From: Bacillota bacterium
GTDB lineage: Bacteria; Bacillota; Dethiobacteria; DTU022
Direction: 5' to 3'
Assembly (NCBI GenBank): GCA_012840855.1
Contig: DUVX01000033.1
Span: 1 to 59,395 of the forward strand
Length of the DNA: 59,395 nt
The translations under genes and the position numbers were made by a program. Position 1 is the stretch's first letter. Each line of letters begins with the position of its first letter. Under the pieces are notes generated by a model. It saw nothing but the letters and a program-made list of their open reading frames with translations, was not told the DNA's origin and made no database searches. Below, piece after piece: positions 1-7,663 of the stretch.

Positions 1-1
1 A

Positions 2-466
2 AGCCATACAATCCGTAACATTATTGATGGTTCGCCCAGTATAGTAATAGCAAATGGCAAAATCATAGAAAAGGAATTGCGCAAGTTACGTTATAATGTT
101 TCCGACTTAATAGGTCAGTTACGGGAAAAAGATGTGCCCAATATTGCTGATGTGCAATATGCTATTTTGGAAACATCCGGTGAACTGAGTGTACAGTTAA
201 AGGCTAATAAGCGGCCGGTAACTCCGGAGGATTTAGGTTTACCCACTAAATATGAGGGCATACCTACGCCACTCATTTTTGATGGTCATATTCATTATAA
301 TAACTTACGCAATTTACAGCTTGACGAGGGCTGGTTACTTAAAGAGGTGCGTAAGCAGGGTATTGAGCGGATCGAAGATGTGCTATATGCCAGCCTCGAT
401 ACTGATGGTAAGCTATATCTTAGTGAAAAGGAAAATGCTATCAAAAAGAATAAACCCGCAAGCTAA
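2..466 (+). CDS. DUF421/YetF-family membrane protein, C-terminal part (5'-partial)
   Basis: Frame is open from base 2 (SHTIRNIIDGSPSIVIANGKII...LRKLRYNVSDLIGQLREKD...YAILETSGELSV), typical of YetF C-terminal domains. Confidence 0.85.
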   Translation, partial: SHTIRNIIDGSPSIVIANGKIIEKELRKLRYNVSDLIGQLREKDVPNIADVQYAILETSGELSVQLKANKRPVTPEDLGLPTKYEGIPTPLIFDGHIHYNNLRNLQLDEGWLLKEVRKQGIERIEDVLYASLDTDGKLYLSEKENAIKKNKPAS

Positions 467-501
467 ATGCAGGTTTATTGTACTTTTTCAGGGAGGGAGA
501 A

Positions 502-1056
502 ATGAAGAAACCTTTGCTTTTTGCACAGGACCTAGTAAGAGATGCGGTAAAAGCGGGAGAAATTGTTGTTGATGCAACTTGTGGTAATGGCCATGATACA
601 GTTTTTTTGGCCCAATGTGTAGGCGCAGAAGGGCATGTATATGCTTTTGATATCCAAGAAGAAGCAATAGAGAGCACAAAGAAAAGAATAAAGTCTGCAG
701 GAGTACAGGAGAGGGTAACATTAAATCATGCTAATCATGCGAACAGGGAAGCCTGGCCTCAAACACAGCTGGCTGCAGTAATGTTTAATTTGGGATATTT
801 GCCCGGAGGGAACCACGCTATAATTACAAGAGCAGAAACAACCGTATCTGCGCTGCAGATTGCTGTTAATTCTTTAAAAAAGAATGGTATTATAACATTA
901 GTCGTTTATACCGGACATCCGGGTGGAGCGGATGAGTATCATGCTGTGCGTAATTTTTGTGCTGCTTTATCACAGCAAAATTTTGCCGTACTGGAGTATC
1001 AGTTTATTAATCAGCTTAATCAACCACCATTACTCCTTGCAGTTAAGCGTCTTTAA
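502..1056 (+). CDS. ytqB: Class I SAM-dependent methyltransferase, YtqB/MnmM-like
   Basis: VDATCGNGHDT, FDIQ, MFNLGYLPGG and YTGHPGG motifs; SD GGGAGG before ATG 502. Confidence 0.8.
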   Translation: MKKPLLFAQDLVRDAVKAGEIVVDATCGNGHDTVFLAQCVGAEGHVYAFDIQEEAIESTKKRIKSAGVQERVTLNHANHANREAWPQTQLAAVMFNLGYLPGGNHAIITRAETTVSALQIAVNSLKKNGIITLVVYTGHPGGADEYHAVRNFCAALSQQNFAVLEYQFINQLNQPPLLLAVKRL

Positions 1057-1128
1057 ATGCGGTTTGTCTTGGCCCAGTTATAAAATACACGTTTTAATAT
1101 AGGAATAATTAAAAAATTGCATTAATTA

Positions 1129-1178
1129 GCAGGAAATTTGCCTAAATTTCTTGAATACAATTTGAACTACGCTATAAT
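1129..1178 (+). promoter_or_regulatory. Overlapping putative sigmaH and sigmaA promoters of rex
   Basis: GCAGGAAAT-N12-CTTGAAT (sigmaH-like, 1129-1156); TTGAAT-N16-TATAAT (1151-1178). Confidence 0.5.
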
Positions 1179-1234
1179 AATGGTAAGTTATGTAATAGGC
1201 TTGAAATTATAAGCTTACATTTTTTTCTACCAAT

Positions 1235-1252
1235 ATGTTACAATAGTAACAG
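1235..1252. promoter_or_regulatory. Putative Rex operator (autoregulation)
   Basis: Palindrome aTGTTAC-AATA-GTAACAg resembles the clostridial Rex box TTGTTAANNNNTTAACAA and lies between the promoter and rex. Confidence 0.6.
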
Positions 1253-1310
1253 ATTATTTTTTATGCTTTGATTTACTGGCAAAAAGTTGTATATGGAGGA
1301 GGAAGTAGTT

Positions 1311-1952
1311 ATGTCCAGACGTAAGGCCCCTAAATCTGTAGTAAAGAGATTACCTGTTTATTTGAGAATATTAGATAATCTTATCCGCCGCGATGTAGAG
1401 ATTATTTCTTCTCGTGTTTTGAGTGAAGAAACCGGTTTTACTGCTGAGCAAATTAGAAAGGATTTAGCTTATTTTGGTGCTTTTGGTACGCGTGGTACAG
1501 GATATAATACCAGCTATCTTAGAGAAAAGCTGTTAAGGATAATTGGTTTGGATAAGCAAACAAAAATTATTGTGGTTGGTTTTGGTCATCTTGGTAAGGC
1601 ACTTACACGTTATAATGCCGGCAAAAATCGTTATGTTGATATTATTGGGGTTTTTGACAGAAAACCTGGGGAAACCGGTATTGAAGGTTTAGAGGTACTG
1701 ACTATGGACAAATTACCGGAGTTTTTGCAGCGGGAAAAAGTTAAAGTTGCCATGCTAACGGTTCCGGCTGAAGCGGCTCAAGATGTGACCAATTTACTTG
1801 TAAAAAACGGTATAACAGCTATTTTAAATTTTGCACCGATAAAATTAGATGTTCCTGAGCATGTTTATGTTCATAATGCTGATTTAACTACTGAATTACA
1901 AACATTAATTTACTACTCATCCGAAGATGAAAGACATCATCATACGGAATAA
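1311..1952 (+). CDS. rex: Redox-sensing transcriptional repressor Rex
   Basis: KRLPVYLR, QIRKDLAYFG.FGTRGTGY winged helix, Rossmann GFGHLG, ILNFAP; SD GGAGG. Confidence 0.95.
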   Translation: MSRRKAPKSVVKRLPVYLRILDNLIRRDVEIISSRVLSEETGFTAEQIRKDLAYFGAFGTRGTGYNTSYLREKLLRIIGLDKQTKIIVVGFGHLGKALTRYNAGKNRYVDIIGVFDRKPGETGIEGLEVLTMDKLPEFLQREKVKVAMLTVPAEAAQDVTNLLVKNGITAILNFAPIKLDVPEHVYVHNADLTTELQTLIYYSSEDERHHHTE

Positions 1953-1971
1953 ATTTCCTGGCAAAGAGCTG

Positions 1972-2000
1972 TTGACTTTTATTCATTACTTGTGTATACT
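1972..2000 (+). promoter_or_regulatory. sigmaA promoter of tRNA operon
   Basis: TTGACT-N17-TATACT. Confidence 0.75.
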
Positions 2001-2019
2001 ATAAAAGTGTCATGAATAC

Positions 2020-2096
2020 GGAGCTGTGGTGTAGAGGCCTAACATGCCTGCCTGTCACGCAGGAGATCGCGGGTTCGACTCCCGTCAGCTCCGCCA
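2020..2096 (+). tRNA. tRNA-Asp(GTC)
   Basis: Cloverleaf; anticodon arm CCTGC-CTGTCAC-GCAGG; TTCGA loop; CCA end. Confidence 0.97.
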
Positions 2097-2104
2097 TTTT
2101 ATTA

Positions 2105-2180
<76 letters not shown>

Positions 2181-2185
2181 GCGGT

Positions 2186-2260
2186 GCGGAAGTGGCTCAG
2201 TGGTAGAGCATCGCCTTGCCAAGGCGAGGGTCGCGGGTTCGAATCCCGTCTTCCGCTCCA
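2186..2260 (+). tRNA. tRNA-Gly(GCC)
   Basis: Anticodon arm TCGCC-TTGCCAA-GGCGA; CCA end. Confidence 0.97.
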
Positions 2261-2265
2261 TCCGA

Positions 2266-2339
2266 GGCGACATAGCCAAGTGGTAAGGCAGAGGACTGCA
2301 AATCCTTTATCCCCGGTTCGAATCCGGGTGTCGCCTCCA
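2266..2339 (+). tRNA. tRNA-Cys(GCA)
   Basis: Anticodon arm GAGGA-CTGCAAA-TCCTT; CCA end. Confidence 0.97.
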
Positions 2340-2346
2340 TTTTTTT

Positions 2347-2437
2347 GCCGGGGTGGCGGAACAGGCAGACGCAAGGGACTTAAAATCCCTCGGGTAAAGC
2401 GATACCCGTACCGGTTCGATTCCGGTTCCCGGCACCA
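2347..2437 (+). tRNA. tRNA-Leu(TAA)
   Basis: Anticodon arm AGGGA-CTTAAAA-TCCCT; long variable arm; CCA end. Confidence 0.95.
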
Positions 2438-2460
2438 CCTGATATCATAGTACTACCTTG

Positions 2461-2489
2461 GGCAGACTTCGGTTCTGCCTGATTTTTTT
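2461..2489 (+). terminator. Rho-independent terminator of tRNA operon
   Basis: GGCAGA-CTTCGGT-TCTGCC followed by T-run. Confidence 0.75.
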
Positions 2490-2538
2490 AAGCCGAAACC
2501 TTTCAGCGCTATCGCTATCATCACCAGGGTTTGGCTAC

Positions 2539-2691
2539 CTCCTGGAAGGCGATCTGCCCAGCCCGGTCAACCCGCCAACGGGTTGCTATTTCCATACGCG
2601 TTGCAACCGGGTGCTACCGATCTGCCGGGAAGAGGAGCCGGAGATGCGGGATCGGGGAGGAGGTCACTACGTGGCCTGCCATAATCTTTAG
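2539..2691 (+). CDS. C-terminal fragment of oligopeptide/dipeptide ABC transporter ATP-binding protein (5'-truncated at the junction)
   Basis: [21 protein letters not shown]...C...HYVACH, the OppD/OppF C-terminal Cys domain; no upstream ATPase domain. Confidence 0.85.
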   Translation, partial: LLEGDLPSPVNPPTGCYFHTRCNRVLPICREEEPEMRDRGGGHYVACHNL

Positions 2692-2868
2692 ATAACGCTG
2701 CCCGGTTTGTCCTGCCAGCTCTTCTCCCGGAGGTGCAAGGTAAGCCTGCCGGGGTTGGTGCGTTATTTCTTAAAAAGCCTTTTTTTGTTCTACCGGTGAT
2801 GATATAATAACTGCAGTTTAACGCCGTTGCGGTTGCGAAAGGCAGTGCACGTAAAGGAGGAGAGGGAT

Positions 2869-2961
2869 CTGGCGAAGGTAAAGACCAGCAAACAGTTGAA
2901 AAGACAGCGCAAAAAAAGACGCAGAGCCAAGAAGAGAAAGAGGCTCAGGGGCCGGACCTAG
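2869..2961 (+). CDS. Putative 30-aa highly basic small protein (CTG start)
   Basis: SD AAAGGAGG (2853-2860) 8 nt before CTG; (M)AKVKTSKQLKRQRKKRRRAKKRKRLRGRT; extended -10 TGaTATAAT at 2800-2808. Confidence 0.6.
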   Translation: MAKVKTSKQLKRQRKKRRRAKKRKRLRGRT

Positions 2962-3105
2962 CCCGCGCTCTACCTTTCGGGCTGTTGAAGATCTGACGAG
3001 TACTGTTACCGGTGATTGCCGGCAGGGAACAGGCTTAGTATGTTTTCCTCCGGCAGATCCCCGGAAGAATAAAAAGGGAGCTATTCAGTCTGGAGTCACC
3101 TTTCC

Positions 3106-3130
3106 CCGTAACCCCGGTTACGGTTTTTTT
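3106..3130 (+). terminator. Rho-independent terminator
   Basis: CCGTAAC-CCCG-GTTACGG followed by T-run. Confidence 0.85.
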
Positions 3131-3222
3131 GTACAGCGGCTCACTTCATCTTCTCCGAAGGGTATGCTATGATTCTATCGATTACATCATAATGGTTGTT
3201 TTTTTATGCAGGAGGTGTGGCG

Positions 3223-4842
3223 GTGAGAGTGCTTGTCAGCGACCCCCTCTCTTCCGAGGGGATCGCTCTATTAAAGAAGCACCACCAGGTGGATCAGCTA
3301 TTTGGGCTCGATGAGGAGCAGCTGGTGGGAGAGATCGGCAAATATGATGCTCTGGTGGTGCGCAGCGGGACAAAGGTAACCGCCGCGGTGATCGATGCGG
3401 CGAAGAAATTACAGGTAATCGGACGTGCCGGAGTGGGGATCGATAACATAGATCTGGAGAGGGCCACGGCAAAAGGGATCATCGTGCTCAATGCTCCCGA
3501 GGGAAATACCATCTCGGCGGCGGAGCATGCTCTGGCCATGCTCACTTCATTGGCCCGGAATATTGCAGCGGCGGACTGCGCTCTGAAGGAAGGCCGCTGG
3601 GAGCGGAGCCGTTTCATGGGGGTGGAGCTGAATCAGAAGACGCTCGGTATTATCGGGCTGGGCCGCATCGGCAGCGAGGTGGCCCGCCGGGCCAGGGCGA
3701 TGGGGATGCGGATCGTGGCCTATGATCCCTATATCCCGGCGGAGCAAGCCGAAAAAATAGGTGCTACCGCGCTCCCTCTGGAGGATCTGTTCAGGAGGTC
3801 CGATTTTATCACTCTTCATCTGCCCTGCAACAAGCAGAGCTATCACCTCATCGGGGAAAAGGAGCTGGCCCTGATGAAAACGGGGGTGCGGCTGGTCAAT
3901 TGCGCCCGGGGGGGGCTGATCGATGAAGCTGCCCTCTATGAAGCGATCAAGGATGGAAGGGTGGCTGGGGCGGCTCTCGATGTCTTTGAGCATGAACCGC
4001 CTCTGGAGAGCCCGCTACTGGAGCTTCCCGGGGTTGTGGCTACGCCGCACCTGGGCGCCTCGACCAGGGAGGCCCAGGTTAATGTGGCCCTGCAGGTGGC
4101 GGAGCAGGTGGTCCTGGCCCTGCGTGGAGATCCTGTCGTCTCGGCGGTGAATATGCCTTCCATGCTGCCTGAAGAGATGGCTGCGGTGAAGCCCTATCTG
4201 CCCCTGATGCGCCTTCTGGGCGGCCTTTACTTCCATCTATACGGCGGCCGTATCGATGAGATCGAGCTCTACTACGGCGGTGAAGTGGCCGGCCATGCCG
4301 TCGCACCCCTGACCACCGCCTGCCTAATCGGGCTTTTTTCGCATATCCTGGGGGAGCAGGTGAACTATGTCAACGCTCCCCATATCGCCCGTAGCCGGGG
4401 GGTCAGGGTTCGCGAGTCAGTGAGCAAAAATATCGATAATTTTACCAACCTGGTGATGCTGACGGTGAAGGCGGGTTCCGAAAAGTATACCATCGCCGGT
4501 ACCATCTTTAACCGAAGCGATATCCGAATTGTCCGGATCGGCGATTACCGGATCGAGGTGATCCCCTCAGCCTATATGCTCCTGTGTACCTACAGCGATA
4601 GGCCCGGGGTGATCGGCCGCGTCGGCACCTTTCTGGGGGAAAAGGGGATCAATATCGCCGGGATGCAGGTGGGGCGCCGCTCTGCCGGGGGAGAGGCGAT
4701 CATGGCCCTTCAGGTAGATGAGCCGCTCTCGCCCGCGGTTCTCCAGAGGTTGGCGCAGCTGGAGGGGATCCTGACGGCCCGCTTCGTCCACCTCGAGGAG
4801 CGGGAGCTCTCGCCGCTTCTGGAAAATAGCAGGGGTTTTTAA
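3223..4842 (+). CDS. serA: D-3-phosphoglycerate dehydrogenase (with ASB and ACT domains)
   Basis: GRAGVGIDNID, GLGRIG, NCARGG, TPHLGAST, C-terminal ACT (DRPGVIG...GINIA); SD GGAGGT before GTG 3223. Confidence 0.95.
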   Translation: MRVLVSDPLSSEGIALLKKHHQVDQLFGLDEEQLVGEIGKYDALVVRSGTKVTAAVIDAAKKLQVIGRAGVGIDNIDLERATAKGIIVLNAPEGNTISAAEHALAMLTSLARNIAAADCALKEGRWERSRFMGVELNQKTLGIIGLGRIGSEVARRARAMGMRIVAYDPYIPAEQAEKIGATALPLEDLFRRSDFITLHLPCNKQSYHLIGEKELALMKTGVRLVNCARGGLIDEAALYEAIKDGRVAGAALDVFEHEPPLESPLLELPGVVATPHLGASTREAQVNVALQVAEQVVLALRGDPVVSAVNMPSMLPEEMAAVKPYLPLMRLLGGLYFHLYGGRIDEIELYYGGEVAGHAVAPLTTACLIGLFSHILGEQVNYVNAPHIARSRGVRVRESVSKNIDNFTNLVMLTVKAGSEKYTIAGTIFNRSDIRIVRIGDYRIEVIPSAYMLLCTYSDRPGVIGRVGTFLGEKGINIAGMQVGRRSAGGEAIMALQVDEPLSPAVLQRLAQLEGILTARFVHLEERELSPLLENSRGF

Positions 4843-4881
4843 TGCCCCCAGATATCAAATTTACTTCAAGGAGGTGTGGTG

Positions 4882-5094
4882 ATGCCTCTCTATGAATTTT
4901 ACTGCCCTCAATGCGACAAGCGTTTCGAGGAGCTCTGCCGCGGCACCACGGAGAACCTGCCCTGTCCCCAGTGCGCTACGGAATCGAAGAAGGTGCTCTC
5001 GACCTTTCGCGCCGGTTGGGGCGGTCTCGGTTCAGAGGCGGCTGCTTCAAGCCGCTGTAGCGGTTGCAGCGGCAAAAGCTGCAGCAGCTGTTAG
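4882..5094 (+). CDS. FmdB-family zinc-ribbon regulatory protein
   Basis: MPLYEFYCPQC...FE...CPQC, Cys-rich tail CSGCSGKSCSSC; SD AAGGAGGT. Confidence 0.85.
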   Translation: MPLYEFYCPQCDKRFEELCRGTTENLPCPQCATESKKVLSTFRAGWGGLGSEAAASSRCSGCSGKSCSSC

Positions 5095-5116
5095 CGGGAT
5101 TCTCAATCTGTAGAGC

Positions 5117-5153
5117 TGCCCCTTCACCGGCGATGCGGTGAAGGGGTATTTTT
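5117..5153 (+). terminator. Rho-independent terminator
   Basis: CCCCTTCACCG-GCGATG-CGGTGAAGGGG then TATTTTT. Confidence 0.85.
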
Positions 5154-5229
5154 GTGCATAGCTGCGGCGGGGAGGGGGGAACAATAAACTATCCACTTTT
5201 TCCTAGAGCCCAAAAAGGCGGGACCGGCT

Positions 5230-5871
5230 ATGTATGCCAGAGCTCCGGGGGTTATGCTTGTAGTTATTGTCATAGCGGTAATCTACCTGATCTTGCTGCA
5301 CCGGGTACTGAAGCGGCTGCAGATGGATCAGAAAACAGCGCTTGTTCTGGTGGCGCTGCTCTATGTGGCCGGTTTCGCTCCCTCGGTGCCGCTGGGTGGG
5401 GGGCTCGCTATGAACCTCGGCGGGATGGGGATACCGCTGGCGATCTGTGTCTACCTCATCCTGAAGGCGCCGACAAAAAAAGAGAAATGGCGCGGTCCCC
5501 TGACGGCGGTGGCGGTGGCGGCCCTGGTTTGGAGCCTGGACCGCCTTCTGCCGATCAATCCCGGATCGCTGGGCTATGAGCTCGATCCGCTCTACCTTCC
5601 GGCGGCGGCGGCGGGGCTCATCGCCTACCTTCTCGGCCGCTCACGCCGCGCTGCCTTTATCGGCGGCGTCGGCTCTATCCTCTTCATGGATCTGAGCTCC
5701 TGGGCAGAAAATATAGGGCGTGGCTTTAGGGATATACCGGTTGTCCTGGGCGGCGGCGGTATCTTCGACGCTGCTCTGATCGCCGGGGCTATCGGGACTC
5801 TGCTGGCCGAAGTGGTTGGCGAAGTAAAAGAACGGCTCCACGGTGGGCCGGATGAGGGTGAGCGGCATTAA
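5230..5871 (+). CDS. DUF1614-like membrane protein (start may be 5254)
   Basis: Multiple TM segments, NLGGM.IP and LGGGGIFD motifs; located upstream of spoIIP. Confidence 0.7.
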   Translation: MYARAPGVMLVVIVIAVIYLILLHRVLKRLQMDQKTALVLVALLYVAGFAPSVPLGGGLAMNLGGMGIPLAICVYLILKAPTKKEKWRGPLTAVAVAALVWSLDRLLPINPGSLGYELDPLYLPAAAAGLIAYLLGRSRRAAFIGGVGSILFMDLSSWAENIGRGFRDIPVVLGGGGIFDAALIAGAIGTLLAEVVGEVKERLHGGPDEGERH

Positions 5872-7504
5872 GCGAATATGGGGGCTGGTGACGGCGATAT
5901 TGTTTCTCCTGCTGCTTCCTGCGGCGGGCGGGGAGGGGTCTGATTATTCCCCAGCGGTAGCCGGCCAGGCTCTGGCCCGGGAAGGGCACGGCGATGAGCT
6001 CTCCGCAGAGGAGCTGAAAAGCGGGCGCTATTTCTACATGATCGATGAACGGGGGCGCACGATCCTGATCACCGGCCGGCGGCTGGGGGTAAAAGATCGC
6101 TTTTTAAATGCGGACAATGAGCTCTACGAAGTGGAAAGTGTGAAGGGAAACCTAGCTCGGGCTCGTTTTGTAGAAAGGGTGGAACTAAATACCGGGTGGG
6201 GGTGCTCCCCTGGGGGGGAAGGGGCTTCCCCGGCGGCGCAGGAGATAAAGCCGGCCTACAGGATAGCGATCTACCATACCCATAACGCCGAATGCTATGT
6301 CCCCAGCGATGGCACCGAAAGCGTCTACGGTACCGGGGGGATTCATGAAGTGGGCCTGGCCTTCAAGGAATCGCTGGAGAAAAAAGGGGTTAAGGTGCTC
6401 TACTCCGATCAGCTGCACCTGCCCCATGATCGCGGCGCCTACCGGCGCTCGCGGGGTACGGCGCTGCGCCTGCTGCGGGAGCACCCCGACGCCATCTTCG
6501 ATCTGCACCGGGATGCCGCTCCCTGGGAAAAGTATGCCCTGGAGCTGCAGGGCGAAGAGCTTACCCAGATCCAGATCGTGGTGGGCTTGAGCAACCCCGG
6601 CGTGGCGACGAACCAGCAATTTGCCTATGATCTCAAAGGGTATGCCGATCGGATCTACCCGGGCCTGATCCACGGTGTTTTACTGATCTGGGGAAGTTAC
6701 AACCAGGATCTTTCGCCGCTGGCCCTCCTGCTGGAGGTGGGGGCTCACACCAATACTAAGGAGGCGGCAGAGCGGGGGATTGCCCGCTTTGCCGATGTGG
6801 TCTCCTACTATTTTTACGGCCCCGCCTTCTTGAAAGATCGGAAAATAGCGCCCCGGGAGCGGGCGGCGCAGGAGCCGCCTGCTGATAGGCCGCGTTATGG
6901 AATAATGCGCGCTTTCTCCGGAACGATCCTGAGCCTTCTATTGGTATCGACGGGGGCTTCGCTCGGTTTCTATTTTTTGAACAGCCCCGATGCCCTGGAA
7001 AGGTTATATCTCTGGATCGAAGCGCTCCCGGAGAGGCTGGCCCGGTTGCGCCGCAGAAGCCGACTTTTCTGGGGAAACCTGCCGGGCCTCCTGAAAAACC
7101 TGCGCCGGGCCGCCCCGTTCAATCTCAGCGTGGCCTGGCATAGACTGGGAAGAGAAAGAGCGATTTTGCCCTGGATCAGACGTGAACTGATCTTCACGGT
7201 GCGGTGGTGGGCTAAAAAAGGGCTTGCTGAAGCGGCCGCCCTCTGGAGAGAAGCGCCGCAAAATTTGCGGCGCGCCTGGGAAGTTCTACGCTCAGAGAAA
7301 GAAGAGCTGCCCCGGGTTTTGCGCAAAGAGTTTTCTTTCCTGGAAAAGGCTCTGCGCCGCCTTTCTGACAGGTTTTCTGCTGTTATCGATGAATCCCGGG
7401 GCAGGCTGCGCTTCGCTCTAATGGAGGCCAGAAGCGAGATAGCGGTTATTGCCAGGCTGCTCCGCGAGTATACCCTTCAGCTTCGCAACCGTCTGCGTCC
7501 CTAG
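5858..7504 (+). CDS. spoIIP: Stage II sporulation protein P (amidase) with extended C-terminal tail
   Basis: Signal/TM; IYHTHNAECY, DLHRDA, YNQDLSP, LLEVG motifs; start uncertain (5843/5852/5858). Confidence 0.85.
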   Translation: MSGIKRIWGLVTAILFLLLLPAAGGEGSDYSPAVAGQALAREGHGDELSAEELKSGRYFYMIDERGRTILITGRRLGVKDRFLNADNELYEVESVKGNLARARFVERVELNTGWGCSPGGEGASPAAQEIKPAYRIAIYHTHNAECYVPSDGTESVYGTGGIHEVGLAFKESLEKKGVKVLYSDQLHLPHDRGAYRRSRGTALRLLREHPDAIFDLHRDAAPWEKYALELQGEELTQIQIVVGLSNPGVATNQQFAYDLKGYADRIYPGLIHGVLLIWGSYNQDLSPLALLLEVGAHTNTKEAAERGIARFADVVSYYFYGPAFLKDRKIAPRERAAQEPPADRPRYGIMRAFSGTILSLLLVSTGASLGFYFLNSPDALERLYLWIEALPERLARLRRRSRLFWGNLPGLLKNLRRAAPFNLSVAWHRLGRERAILPWIRRELIFTVRWWAKKGLAEAAALWREAPQNLRRAWEVLRSEKEELPRVLRKEFSFLEKALRRLSDRFSAVIDESRGRLRFALMEARSEIAVIARLLREYTLQLRNRLRP

Positions 7505-7663
7505 CGGCGCATATGCTGTCCCGATCGTTTCCCTTCAGCATTTTTCTCTACTCCCGGCGCCGCCTTCGGGGAAGGTAAATGGGCAGCGATGTAGAATCCA
7601 TTTTAGGGATGCTTTTACAACAACCATAAATCAGGCAGCAAGTAAGATCAACGGAGGATCTAG

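Noticed and set aside
2347-2700. Genomic island integrated at tRNA-Leu
   Set aside because: No integrase, no duplicated tRNA 3' end seen, and the downstream DNA is core genome; a contig or chimera junction fits better
2990-3100. Hammerhead ribozyme, ZTP riboswitch or T-box upstream of serA (CTGACGAG)
   Set aside because: No GAAA after a stem II, no CGYCTGG pseudoknot partner, no GGTGGTACC T-box
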